A stretch of DNA of 49,222 nucleotides from Paraspadella gotoi (taxonomy: Eukaryota; Animalia; Chaetognatha), in NCBI GenBank assembly GCA_051294375.1, contig JBJCIZ010000403.1:17956-67177 (forward strand). The letters run 5' to 3'. Shown piece after piece: positions 10,861 to 22,200 of the stretch (its first letter is position 1; each line of letters opens with the position of its first letter). The position numbers were made by a program, and so were the translations under genes. A model generated the notes under the pieces. It had not been told where the DNA came from, made no database searches, and saw only the letters and a list, made by a program, of their open reading frames with translations.

Positions 10861-13654
10861 GATCGTAATCTTACATTTGAAATTAATTTAAAGGATTTCT
10901 TTAATAAAATAATGATTAAATCAATACTTTATTTAGTTTTGAAATTTATTTTCAATGTAGACTTTATATTTTTTATTTTTAATAAATTTTATTAATAATA
11001 TAATATTATATAATAATAAAATATAAAGATGATCATTAATTTTTTGATAAAATACTTACTAAAAGTTATTCCTAAATTTTGTGAAGAATAAGTATGAAAA
11101 GGATAATAGTTAGATTTTATTTAGATTAAAACCAACAATATTTTTAGAATCTGCTGAGTCTTTGCTTTTAATAAATATCAAAAGTGGCTGACTAAAGTGA
11201 TTGGAAAATGGCCCAATTACTACTCATGTGCTATGAGTAAATATTTTTTCCAAGAAATTGTGAACTTTTACTGTTTTTAAAACAGATTCAAATCTAAAAA
11301 AATTCATTGCCTTTTACTAGATAGCTAGATTGCATATATTATTGATCAAGTAATGAAGTAATTTTTGCTTTGTGAATATGTATCAAACATAACAAACTAA
11401 GGGAAAAAATATTATATTTAATTAGTATGGCATTAGTATAGATTTATAAATGGCCAAGATAAATAAGAAGTATATGTAAATATTTATGCTGGAAATAGTT
11501 AGGTAAACAAAACTTTTCTTCCTTCTGTTTAGATATTTTGACTCTTTGGTGGAGAATTTAGTGATGACCCTGAATGAGAGTGGTGTTGTTCGTAAGAAAG
11601 TAAATTAGAATCCGGTAGAAGGCTTGCTGCATGGTCTAACTGATGCATAAATTTTTATTTTACTGCAAGTCTAAACTAGTGTTAAACTTATAATAAAACT
11701 TACTAACTACAGTACAGTTTACTATGCTATAGTATAGTTTAAACAAAATGATCGATTAGTTCAGAACAAATCAATCAAAACCTTCTTTCTTATGTCAAAC
11801 ACAAAAAAAAGGAAAAAAATTGAGTAAAAAACTGTATGAACCTAGTTTGATTGAATCTTAATTTGACAAAACTGTAATAATTTTGAGTAAATAAAAAAAA
11901 ATTTAAAACTGGCAGGTTTAGTCTTGTTTCGTATTTTGTGGAAGAATTTCCAAAGGACAATAGAAACATATGAAACAAATTATGTACAATAAACATCTAA
12001 TTGTAGCAAGACCACTATCTTTTAATTCCCGTTGCCTCCGTTTTTCGAATAAATTTGGTATCGTCTCGATCGATTAAGCGCACATTTCCTCAATTTTCTT
12101 AGTTTAAAATTTCCTTAAAATCGGTCCACGCGTTCAAAAGTAATCGCCAAAAAACGAACCAAAAAAGCCGAGTCTCGCGCTCCGGGGATCAACTTTCGTT
12201 GCTGAACGAGGCGAAAAAGTGTGGCTACATAAGATTTGAACTACGCTAGTACTAATCATTAGTCCGTCGGAATCAACGGTAAACCTGAAATCCTCGTTCC
12301 GGCCAGGACCAAATAGATAAACGTAAAATTACGAAGCGGAAAAAAATGTAATGAATGAGTTCATTGGTGCGGGCATTGTGGACTCGTTCTTCTCGCGCGG
12401 ATTTGTGCAAAACAGGCGCTCAAGGGACCTTTGCCAGGGGTGGTGACGAATCTCCAGGCAGGCGGGGGCGCCGCCCCAACGTAACGAGAGGCTGATTGTG
12501 TGCTGCGAGACGCCCGGGCGAGGCGCGGAATCGTGCGGTGGCAAGAAAGGCTAAAACGCTAAAATCACAACTACGTATTTACATTGGCTGAAAAGGTCAG
12601 CCATAACAAGTCATTCATGGTTCTATAATCAGGTCATTCTGACCACTACTGCGTTGCATAGTACAAAGACAAGTGGGCAAGTTAACTTTTCGACGACCAT
12701 AACCAACCTTATCTACAACCGGTATTGGTTTGTTAATTACGACTTTTGTGTCAGTTTCAGTTTACAAGTAATATAAAATATTTTAATGTACAATTTAGTC
12801 TAAATTCGTTGTGGAATTCGTGTACTGGACCGCCGCAGACGACGGAATCAACGCGGGCCGCCTTTTGGCGTAGCAGGTAGCAGGTAGCTGAGTAAAGCGC
12901 TAGTAAAAATCTAAATTCAACTTTAATTAAAATTCTAAATGATGAAACAAACAACAATTACTAATGAACATTTTTTATAAATTAATGTTCACTGTTGGTA
13001 TGTTGTTGATAATTGACATTTAGAATTTTGGTATGCAACTTTCACTACGCTCTAAAACGGAGTGCATCTTGGTGTCCACTCGAGGGACTTGTAGCCGAGA
13101 CGGAAAATCGATGAAGACGCCCGTCCGAACCTATGAGTGACGGAGGAAGGCGGGGGCGTCGTCAAGGTGAACCTCGCGAAGGCTAGAGGCAACGTCGATG
13201 GCAGCGTCTGTCTTATTATATTAAATTCTCATCCATACACTTATTTAAGTTTTATCAGTAATTATAATTTCCTCATTATTTAATAATTATTATTTCCTCA
13301 TTTTTGGAACCTGGACGAATACAACGAAACAAGCGGATATTTTTAACATTTTGCCCAACCGGGATTTTACGGTCGGTTATTTTTTTTTTCGCTTCTCATG
13401 AGCAACATATTGAAATCTCGCTACGCAAAAATATAAAAAAATACAAGTAAGGGTAAAAAAAAATTTTATTACAAATCCTTAACCACCCCTAATCCCTAAC
13501 CAACCTTAAACCAATTGCTAACCGTTTAAAAACTATAAAATATTGTTTTTCATTGCTTTAATGTCATCACATGCACTAGTAGAATGCTTAGTTAAATACT
13601 TATTTTCACTATGGAGAAACAGTGCATAAGAAACAAAATTTTTTTTTAATTTTT

Positions 13655-13695
13655 GCCATATATTTCGGCTTAATTTCTAAGTCATCATCAGTGGC
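13655..13695 (-). ncRNA. Minimal hammerhead ribozyme
   Basis: Minus strand reads gcca-CTGATGA-t-gactta(gaaat)taagcc-GAAA-t-ATA-tggc. Stem I gcca/tggc; one stem II mismatch. Confidence 0.75.
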
Positions 13696-13836
13696 TGAAA
13701 GAGACAAAACAAGAAAAGGTAATAAATATTAAAATATAAAAGAACGGTTAACCATTAAGAGAGAGAGAGGAGTATGGTAATTTCCTTTCTTTTTTATTTT
13801 TGATATATATTACCTTATCTTGTTTGTCCTCTTTCA

Positions 13837-13877
13837 GCCACTGATGATGACTTAGAAATTAAGTCGAAATATATGGC
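13837..13877 (+). ncRNA. Minimal hammerhead ribozyme (best-preserved copy)
   Basis: gcca-CTGATGA-t-gactta(gaaat)taagtc-GAAA-t-ATA-tggc: intact core, 6-bp stem II, 4-bp stem I, loop-less palindromic stem III (ATAT), AUA cleavage triplet. Confidence 0.85.
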
Positions 13878-13990
13878 AAAAAATTAAAAAAAATTTTGTT
13901 TCTTATGCACTGTTTCTCCATAGTGAAAATAAGATATTAACTAATTGTTTTCTTTTTTTTGTTTGTTTCTGTTATTTTGAGTCTTTTATT

Positions 13991-14201
13991 TAAGAAACAA
14001 ATTTCGGACATGTTTCTGATTCAATGTAAACCTTTATCAGCGCGAAAACGAATTAATTTGTGAACAAATATTTTTACAGACTTTGAAATTTGAATAGAAA
14101 AAGAGAGTCTGAAAATATTTGTTTCACCACTAAATTAGTTTTTACGCAGAGAGGAAGCTTACATTAAAGCTGAAACATGGCCCAAAATTTATGTTTCTTT
14201 A
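13991..14201. mobile_element. Fold-back palindrome 2 with a degenerate hammerhead pair
   Basis: ~90-bp diverged inverted arms. Minus-strand ctgataa...gaaacatgtc at 14007-14040; plus-strand cagagagg...gaaacatggc at 14147-14181. Confidence 0.7.
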
Positions 14202-14700
14202 TAAAATTCGTACATAAACAAACAATTCATTTTCTGCTTCAAATATAAAAATAGCAAATTAAAATAAATTCTAAAACAATTATCTATTTAATTTTTACAA
14301 TTAGTTATACTGAACAAAAAATAATGCCTATAATGCCACAAATTACTGGCATTATCTTACCATATTTTAAACAAACATAGTTAACAAATAATGTATTGCA
14401 GTAAGCTACTATTAATGTCTCGTTACAAAAAACTAGATTAAAAAAAACTACTAACTTCTTTATTAATTTATTCCCATTTCTATGAACATTGGACATTTGT
14501 TACTAAATCCTCCAGCTAATGGCTATTAATTAAAATCTGTAATTATCACTGTATTGCAGCTGACTATCGTTTTAAAACAAATATTTAAAGATTTTTTCAA
14601 GAGTGAGAGGCAAAAAACCAATTTATATTCAAAATCAAAGGAAACACAGGAAAAAAAAATATTCAAAAACTCAGGATTATTTACAGGGTAGATTACCCAC

Positions 14701-14809
14701 CAACCTTCTGCTGTGCTCTGTTGTTCGGCATTAGCCATCGATGGCGTTTTGAAGTTTGGGTTTAGAAGTCTTCGCAGTTGCGCGCGGATCGGCCACGGCC
14801 AACCAATAC
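14701..14809 (-). CDS. Candidate host gene exon (IGWPWPIRAQLRRLLNPNFKTPSMANAEQQSTAEG)
   Basis: Pyrimidine tract plus ctag acceptor, TG|gtgggt donor, 109 nt open. Phase 2 end fits the 6699 exon. An error-ridden duplicate lies at ~19250-19352. Confidence 0.5.
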
Positions 14810-15087
14810 CTAGACAGGGGAGGTGGGGGGTGAGGAAAGGTAATGCTCTAGCAAATACATAAGGATATATTTACTATAAAAATAAAGATTCATATCAATA
14901 GGTATAATCTTGAAAATAAAACAGCCCGAAGAAAATGCTGAAAGTTAACCCAAAAAAAATAAAATTGTAGTATTAAAAGAGCAAGACTAATTCGTACAAT
15001 TATCTAAAATGGGTTGTCCCTGAAAAGATTAGAGAATGAGAGTAATGGAGAATATAAAAACAAAATTTAAAAAAATTTATTAACGCA

Positions 15088-15210
15088 GTTGCCGAGAACC
15101 GGAGTTGGCGCGTCGCCCCCGAGTGCGTCGCCAGAGCCGAGTGCGTCGCCGAGAAGCCGAGTGCGTCGCCGCAGAGCAAGAGTGGTCGTCGCCGAGAAAA
15201 AGAGTGCCTC
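15088..15210 (+). repeat. GC-rich minisatellite (gccgagtgcgtcgcc-based, ~13-20-bp units)
   Basis: About 6 units; duplicate at 19625-19750. Confidence 0.85.
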
Positions 15211-15433
15211 CGCACAAAGAGGGTTGTTAAAAATACTAGAAAATCGTAACAGGCTATTGGCGACAAAAACTTAACAAAAAATTTAATTCGTGTCATAAAT
15301 ATTTATACAAATAATAAAAAAATCAAATTTTAACTTGAAAGGTAACTAGGTTACTAAAACGTCTGGCCTATTTTGGATATATCAGAAAATTAGTATGATA
15401 AAAACTACTAATATAAAATGTACCAAAATGTAT

Positions 15434-15898
15434 TGTGAGGCGACTTAGGACCGGTTCTCTCTAATTCTAAACCCTTCGTCTCCTCTTGCTTAGAGCCGGT
15501 CAGTCCCAACGGTCACTTTGCAATGACCATAGACCGACCGGACAAAGAAATAGGACCGATTAGACCGTGAGGTCTATTTGGCCCGGGCGTTGATAAAAGT
15601 GGATCAGTGTGGCGGTATATTCACACCGCCTCACGTCCACCATCGTTCAGCAAATCCATTGCCATGAGGAACACCTCCCAGAGGAACACACTCCAAATAG
15701 TGGTTCCATCCACAGTCCTAATAACTTCCCTCTGCGTTGCAAAGCGAGACCGTCCTAGGGTAACACCTGACAGTGACTGGATGCGTCACTGAGGGTCGGA
15801 AGCCCCCAAAGCCAACAGTGAGATGCCCCATCCCAATGGGCATCACAGGCAACCCGGCTGTTGCCATATCAGGATCTTTTTACTTCTCTTACGTCACA
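15434..15898 (+). other. 465-nt highly structured GC-richer island; solo LTR or unknown ncRNA
   Basis: TGTGA...TCACA inverted termini, at least 8 hairpins and a possible 5' pseudoknot. No clear TSD. Duplicate at 19972-20430. Confidence 0.5.
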
Positions 15899-17481
15899 AT
15901 TCTTCATCTTGATTTTTATTCTTACCATTTTAGTTAGGCAAGTTACCTGGCTGTTTATAATGTTATTAAAATATTTTACATTACTGAGAGGAAAGATGTC
16001 AATATTGTTGATAAATTTAAAATCAATCGATCCAAGCGTTTTAAAAATAATCCACATAAAACGGTCATTTCCACACCAATTTTTAAAACAAATCTGCATT
16101 CGTTAAATTTTCTTTTTGGTTCCGCTCAAATTTTTTACTTCAGCCGAGTGACTTAATTGACAATAAAAAAAATGATTTTCTAGATATCTTTTGAACCAAA
16201 AATGATATAACAATGGGACCGTGTCAAATTAAAGCTCTAATTATGGGCATCTTTTCCATATAATTATTCTTAAACGTTTCAAAGGATTTTTTTAAAATCT
16301 GGATCGAAATCTTAGTCAAAAGTATAACAACTTTTGAAATTAATTTAAACACACTTGGCAACATTTTAAAAATAAAAAAATATAGTTTCTAAAGAGTAAA
16401 GCTTGAATTTTGTTTGTGATATAAGCAAAATTTTTCTATGCCTTTTACGTATAAGTAAATACTAAGAATTATAAAATGTCATTTTGATGAAAGAAAAAAA
16501 AAGCTAATTTCATTTAGTAACCTTAAAAGACATTATTTAAATATGAAAATTCAGGAGTTCAAACTTTGTTCCGGCTGATTCAAAAAATGACAGAGCTAAA
16601 AGACTATTATCAGATTTATAAATTTGGGTCATCTTTAGGTGCAAATTAAAACCTTTGCATAATTCTAATTAGCTATATGAATAATAAAACGATTTTTATT
16701 AAAAAAACACTACAGCCTTTTAATAACATGCAAATGAATGTAGCCGTATGGTGATATTGTTTTCATTTTACACTGTAATACAAGGCTTTTATCAATTAAA
16801 GAGGTAAATTAAGACAAAGAAAATAAGGGTATTTCAACGGCCCCATATTGATACCTTATAATATCAGATGGAATTTTCTTTGTTCCGGCAACGAAATGTA
16901 CCTAAAACATAGTTTTATTAGTTAATCTTTATTTTTATAATTTTAAAGAGCATGTTTGGCAAAAACAGTAAACAAAAATTACAAAAAACTTTGATAGAAA
17001 ATTTTTGACTTATTGCTATTATTTCATACTATGACATCAATTTTATTTTTTTGTTGTGCGCTTGAAAGATAGACTAAACCCAACAGAATCGAAATCAGTA
17101 CAAGACCGCTGCAAATATATTTGACTTCTACAGTAAAAACAGCAAAATATAAAAATTTGAAAGCCGTGCTTTCTTTTTAGTATTTTTTGCACAAGACCTT
17201 TATGGATTTTTTTTGTTCCGGCAGCGTTGGATAGCCCAAACACTGTAGTTTCAAAAACCTTCCATGGTTTTGTAATATTTACTGCGCTACTAATGCAAAA
17301 ATTGCTAGGAACCAAAATTATCAGAAACCCCTTCGTTCTTTCGTATTTTTTTCTTAGCGCGGAGCGACATATCTAACCATTTTCTTCTTCTACAGAACGC
17401 GAATTATCCACAAATTGATAAATACTTAATAAATAACCAATATTATATTAAATTTTTTAAAAATTCCATCAAAAAAAGTAC

Positions 17482-17740
17482 CACGAGAATGATGTTTCAA
17501 AACAAACGAGCCACCAAAAATTTTGCCAAAATTTGGCAAAATCCTCTCTTTCGGAAACCGCGGTTGCTCGTCGCAAGGCATGGCTTTCGGATTTGGATTT
17601 CGCGGTAGAGTCATTATGCTCGTTCGGGTCCAATATAAAATGTTAATCGAAACAAAAGCCTTTGTTTTCTTCGGATTTTTTTAAAAAACACCAAAATCTT
17701 TCGGCGCGCTCCACCCAGAAACAAAAGACTTTACCCCAAT
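17482..17740 (-). CDS. Weak candidate host exon (…PCDEQPRFPKERILPNFGKIFGGSFVLKHHSR)
   Basis: ttttaccttcggccag acceptor, G|gtactt donor, 259 nt (phase 0 to 1). Fully open only in the duplicate copy 22017-22275. May instead be a TE gene relic. Confidence 0.25.
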
Positions 17741-18239
17741 CTGGCCGAAGGTAAAATAAAAAGTAAAAAATACTATCGGCGTGACGTTCGAATTAATGGC
17801 CGAAAAAGCAGTTTAATTGATTGTTAAATTAAACAAGCAAGCTTGCAATATAAACAAATTAAGATACCTGTCTTAGCCAAGAGCGCCAATCTATCATAAT
17901 GTGTAAGGACAAAAAAATAATCAACATTGGTTAGTAGAACGATCAAGTCTAAGATGAAGCAAAAAAACCGTAAAACCAGTCCACATTAGGTCCATTTTTT
18001 CATGTCAAGATGACCGTATTTTTCTCGCGCTCCACCGGCAAGGGCTTCCCAAGACGCCACGCTTTCGAAATATGCCCATTTTTATACTATTTATTACGGG
18101 CATGCCGTTCGAATCGAGGCGAGACCATAAAAAAAAGGCCGAAATTCTCGGAAACCTGATCCCCCCTCTCGCTTAACTCGTGATCTTGCTACTAATTGGT
18201 GGTTTTCTTATTTATAAAGGTTTGATGTAAAAGAAAATA

Positions 18240-18510
18240 AAAGTTTTAATTGGCATTAACAACGATTTTAATAATAATAAATGTTTCGACTCTTGCTTTT
18301 ATGAGTCTTCATCAGTGGTTTCACAAAGAATTGAGGAAAAGATAGTGGTCGGAAGTGAGGACAGGTAAAGATGAGAATAGGAAAGGAAAGAGAGTGAATG
18401 AAATAAAATAAAATTGAAACTGGTAAAAGAGAAAGAGAGAGAGAAAGTGAGAGGGAAAAATCATTATATTTGGCAATATACAAAAAAGATAGATTTAAAT
18501 TAAGCAAACT
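18240..18510 (-). mobile_element. Solo Penelope-like pLTR with hammerhead motif
   Basis: 18320-18500 is homologous to 7405-7590. Minus-strand CTGATGA-a-gactc...gagtc-GAAAc at 18281-18315. Duplicate at ~22775-23040. Confidence 0.75.
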
Positions 18511-19178
18511 TAATTTTAAACTAAAGAAATAATAATAATAACATAGATATGCATGTAGCTTCGCCGTCCGTGGCATTTTTTTGTATATTTTTATATCGAT
18601 CGATAGGAAATGATGTCAATATTGCGCATGCAAAATTTCAAGTCAATCGGTCAACGCGTTTAGAAATGGCAGGCAAAAACCCGCCGTTTTTTCTTCCCTC
18701 TTCGCAAAACAGATTCGCGATCGAAAAATAATTTTTTTGGTTCCACTAAACGTTTGAACTAGCGCTCGCTTCGTAGTTCTTTTTATTTAAGCCGCGAACG
18801 ATCGAGCGGAGAAGGCGGTAAACTAAAAATGCGCGTTTGGGTCCTAATTATATTTTCTTTTAAAACGAATTTAAAATAAATAAGAAGAAAACACAACTTT
18901 ATCAATTAAACTAATAAATCAACATGTGAATGGGAATTAAAGTTCAAGAAACATATTTTGTAGACCCTCGTCACAAATAATTAATTATTTTTTGTAGAAG
19001 AAATTACCCGAATCGCAAAAATTATCGGTCGGTCATTTTCCTCTCTCCCTCAATCGCCGTTTTTTTTTTTCCTCCCTCAATCAAACTTGACCCTAATAAT
19101 TCACCGGTTTCATCTCTTAGGTCATCATCAAATTTTATAGAGATAGTCGCCGATATTCAACCAGTTTTTCTACAAAGC

Positions 19179-19203
19179 NNNNNNNNNNNNNNNNNNNNNN
19201 NNN
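19179..19203. other. Assembly gap (25 N)
   Basis: Run of exactly 25 N. Confidence 1.
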
Positions 19204-22200
19204 AGAAGAAAAATATTCAAGAAACTCAGGATTATTTACAGGGTAGATTACCACCAATCCTTTTTGCTGTCTTGTTTCGGATCAGCCATCTGGGTTTGAA
19301 AGTTTGGGTTTGAAGTTTGGAGTTGGCGGCGGATCCGGCCACGCCAACAATCCTAGACAGGGGGGTGGGGTGAGGAAAGGTAATGCTCTAGCAAATACAT
19401 AAGGATTATATTTACTATAAAAATAAAGCATATCAATAGGTATAATCTTGAAAATAAAACAGCCCGAAGAAAATGCTGAAAGTTAACCCAAAAAAAATAA
19501 AATTGTAAGTATTAAAAGAGCAAGATTAATTCGTACAATTATCTAAAATGGGTTGTCCCTGAAAAGATTAGAGAATGAGAGTAATGGAGAATATAAAAAC
19601 CAAAATTAAAAAAAAATTTATTAACCGAGTTGCCGAGAACCGAGTTGGTCGCCGAGTGCGTCGCCGAGTGCGTCGCCAAGAGCCGAGTGCGTCGCCGAGA
19701 GCCGAGTGCGTCACCGAGAGAAGAGTGCGTCGCCGAGAAAAGAGTGCCTCCGCACAAAGAGGGTGTTAAAAATACTAGAAAATCGTAACAGGCTATTGGC
19801 GACAAAAACTTAACAAAAAATTTAATTCGTGTCTAAACATTTATACAAATAATAAAAAAATCAAATTTTAACTTGAAAGGTAACTAGGTTACTAAAACGT
19901 CTGGCTATTTTGGATATATCAGAAAATTAGTATGATAAAAACTACTAATATAAAATGTACCAAAATGTAATTGTGAGGCGACTTAGGACCGGTCTCTCTA
20001 ATTCTAAAACCCTTCGTCTCCTCTTGCTTAGAGCCGGTCAGTCCCAACGGTCACTTTGGCAATGACCATAGACCGACCGGACAAAGAAATAGGACGATTA
20101 GACCGTGAGGTCTATTTGGTCCGGGCGTTGATAAAAGTGGATCAGTGTGGCGGTATATTCACACCGCCTCACGTCCACCATCGTTCAGCCAAATCCATTG
20201 ACTCAGAGGGGGAACACACCATCCCAGGCATAGTGTTCCATCCACAGTCCTAATAACTTCCCTCTGCGTTGGCAAAGCGAGACCGTCCTAGGGTAACCCT
20301 GACAGTGACTGGATGCGTCACTGAGGGTCGGAAGCCCCCAAAGCCAACAGTGAGATGCCCCATCCCAATGGGCATCACAGGCAACCCGGCTGTTGCCATA
20401 TCAGGATCTTTTTACTTCTCTTACGTCACAATTCTTCATCTTTGTATTTTTATTCTTACCATTTTAGTTAGGCAAGTTACCTGGCTGTTTATAATGTTAT
20501 TTAAAATATTTTTACATTTACTGAGAGGAAACGATGTCAATATTGTTGATAAATTTAAAATCAATCGATCCAAGCGTTTTAAAAATAATCCACATAAAAC
20601 GGTCATTTTCCACACCCAATTTTAAAACAAATCTGCATTCGTTAAATTTTCTTTTTGGTTCCGCTCAAATTTTTTACTTCAGCCGAGTGACTTAATTGAC
20701 AATAAAAAAAATGATTTTCTTAGATATCTTTTGAACCAAAAATGATATAACAATGGGACTGGTGTCAATTTAAAGCTCTAATTATTGGCATCTTTTCCAT
20801 ATAATTATTCTTAAACGTTTCAAAGGATTTTTTTAAAATCTGGATCGAAATCTTAGTCAAAAGTATAACAACTTTTGAAATTAATTTAAACACACTTGGC
20901 AACATTTTAAAAATAAAAAAATATAGTTTCTTAAAGAGTAAAGCTTGAATTTTGTTTGTGATAAAGCAAAATTTTTCTATGCCTTTTACGTATAAGTAAA
21001 TACTAAGAATTATAAAATGTCATTTTGATGAAAAGAAAAAAAAGCTAATTTCATTTAGTAACCTTAAAAGACATTATTTAAATATGAAAATTCAAGGAGT
21101 TCAAACTTTGTTCCGGCTGATTCAAAAATGACAGAGCTAAAAGACTATTATCAGATTTATAAATTTGGGTCATCTTTAGGTGCAAATTAAAACCTTTGCA
21201 TAATTCTAATTAGCTATATGAATATAAACGATTTTTATTAAAAAAACCACTACAGCCTTTTAATAACATGCAAATGAATGTAGCGGTATGGTGATATTGT
21301 TTTCATTTTACACTGTAATACAAGGCTTTTATCAATAAAGAGGTAAATTACAAAGAAAATAAGGTATTTCAAGGCTCCATATTGATACTATAATATCAAT
21401 GAATTTTCTTTGTTCCGGCAACGAAATGTACCTAAAACATAGTTTTATTAGTTAATCTTTATTTTTATAATTTTAAAGAGCATGTTTGGCAAAAACAGTA
21501 AACAAAAATTACAAAAAACTTTGATAGAAAATTTTTTTGACTTATTGCTATTATTATTTCATACTATGACATCAATTTTATTTTTTTGTTGTGCGCTTGA
21601 AAGATAGACTAAACCCAACAGAATCGAAATCAGTACAAGACCGCTGCAAATATATTTGACTTCTACAGTAAAAACAGCAAAATATAAAAATTTTGAAAGC
21701 CGTGCTTTCTTTTTAGTATTTTTTGCACAAGACCTTTATGGATTTTTTTGTTCCGGCAGCGTTGGATAGCCCAAACACTGTAGTTTCAAAAACCTTCCAT
21801 GGTTTTGTAATATTTACTGCGCTACTAATGCAAAAATTGCTAGGAACCAAAATTATCAGAAACCCCTTCGTTCTTTCGTATTTTTTTCTTAGCGCGGAGC
21901 GACATATCTAACCATTTTCTTCTTCTACAGAACGCGAATTATCCACAAATTGATAAATACTTAATAAATAACCAATATTATATTAAATTTTTTAAAAATT
22001 CCATCAAAAAAAGTACCACGAGAATGATGTTTCAAAACAAACGAGCCACCAAAAATTTTGCCAAAATTTGGCAAAATCCTCTCTTTCGGAAACCGCGGTT
22101 GCTCGTCGCAAGGCCATGGCTTTCGGATTTGGATTTCGCGTAGAGTCATTATGCTCGTTCGGGTCCAATATAAAATGTTAATCGAAACAAAAGCCCTTTG

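Larger units (their letters stand above)
13589..13943. mobile_element. Fold-back palindrome 1: inverted pair of Penelope-like pLTR tails
   Basis: ~155-bp near-perfect inverted arms, each containing a hammerhead motif pointing outward. Confidence 0.85.

Noticed and set aside
12365-12380. WCGHC thioredoxin motif on the plus strand
   Set aside because: Isolated 5-mer in a short frame with no thioredoxin context.
15088-15210. Short repeats as a CRISPR array
   Set aside because: No unique spacers or cas genes; eukaryotic minisatellite.
15455-15475. ctaaaccct resembling a telomerase RNA template within the structured island
   Set aside because: Too short, differs in the duplicate copy (ctaaaaccct), and no convincing H/ACA or telomerase-type pseudoknot was seen.
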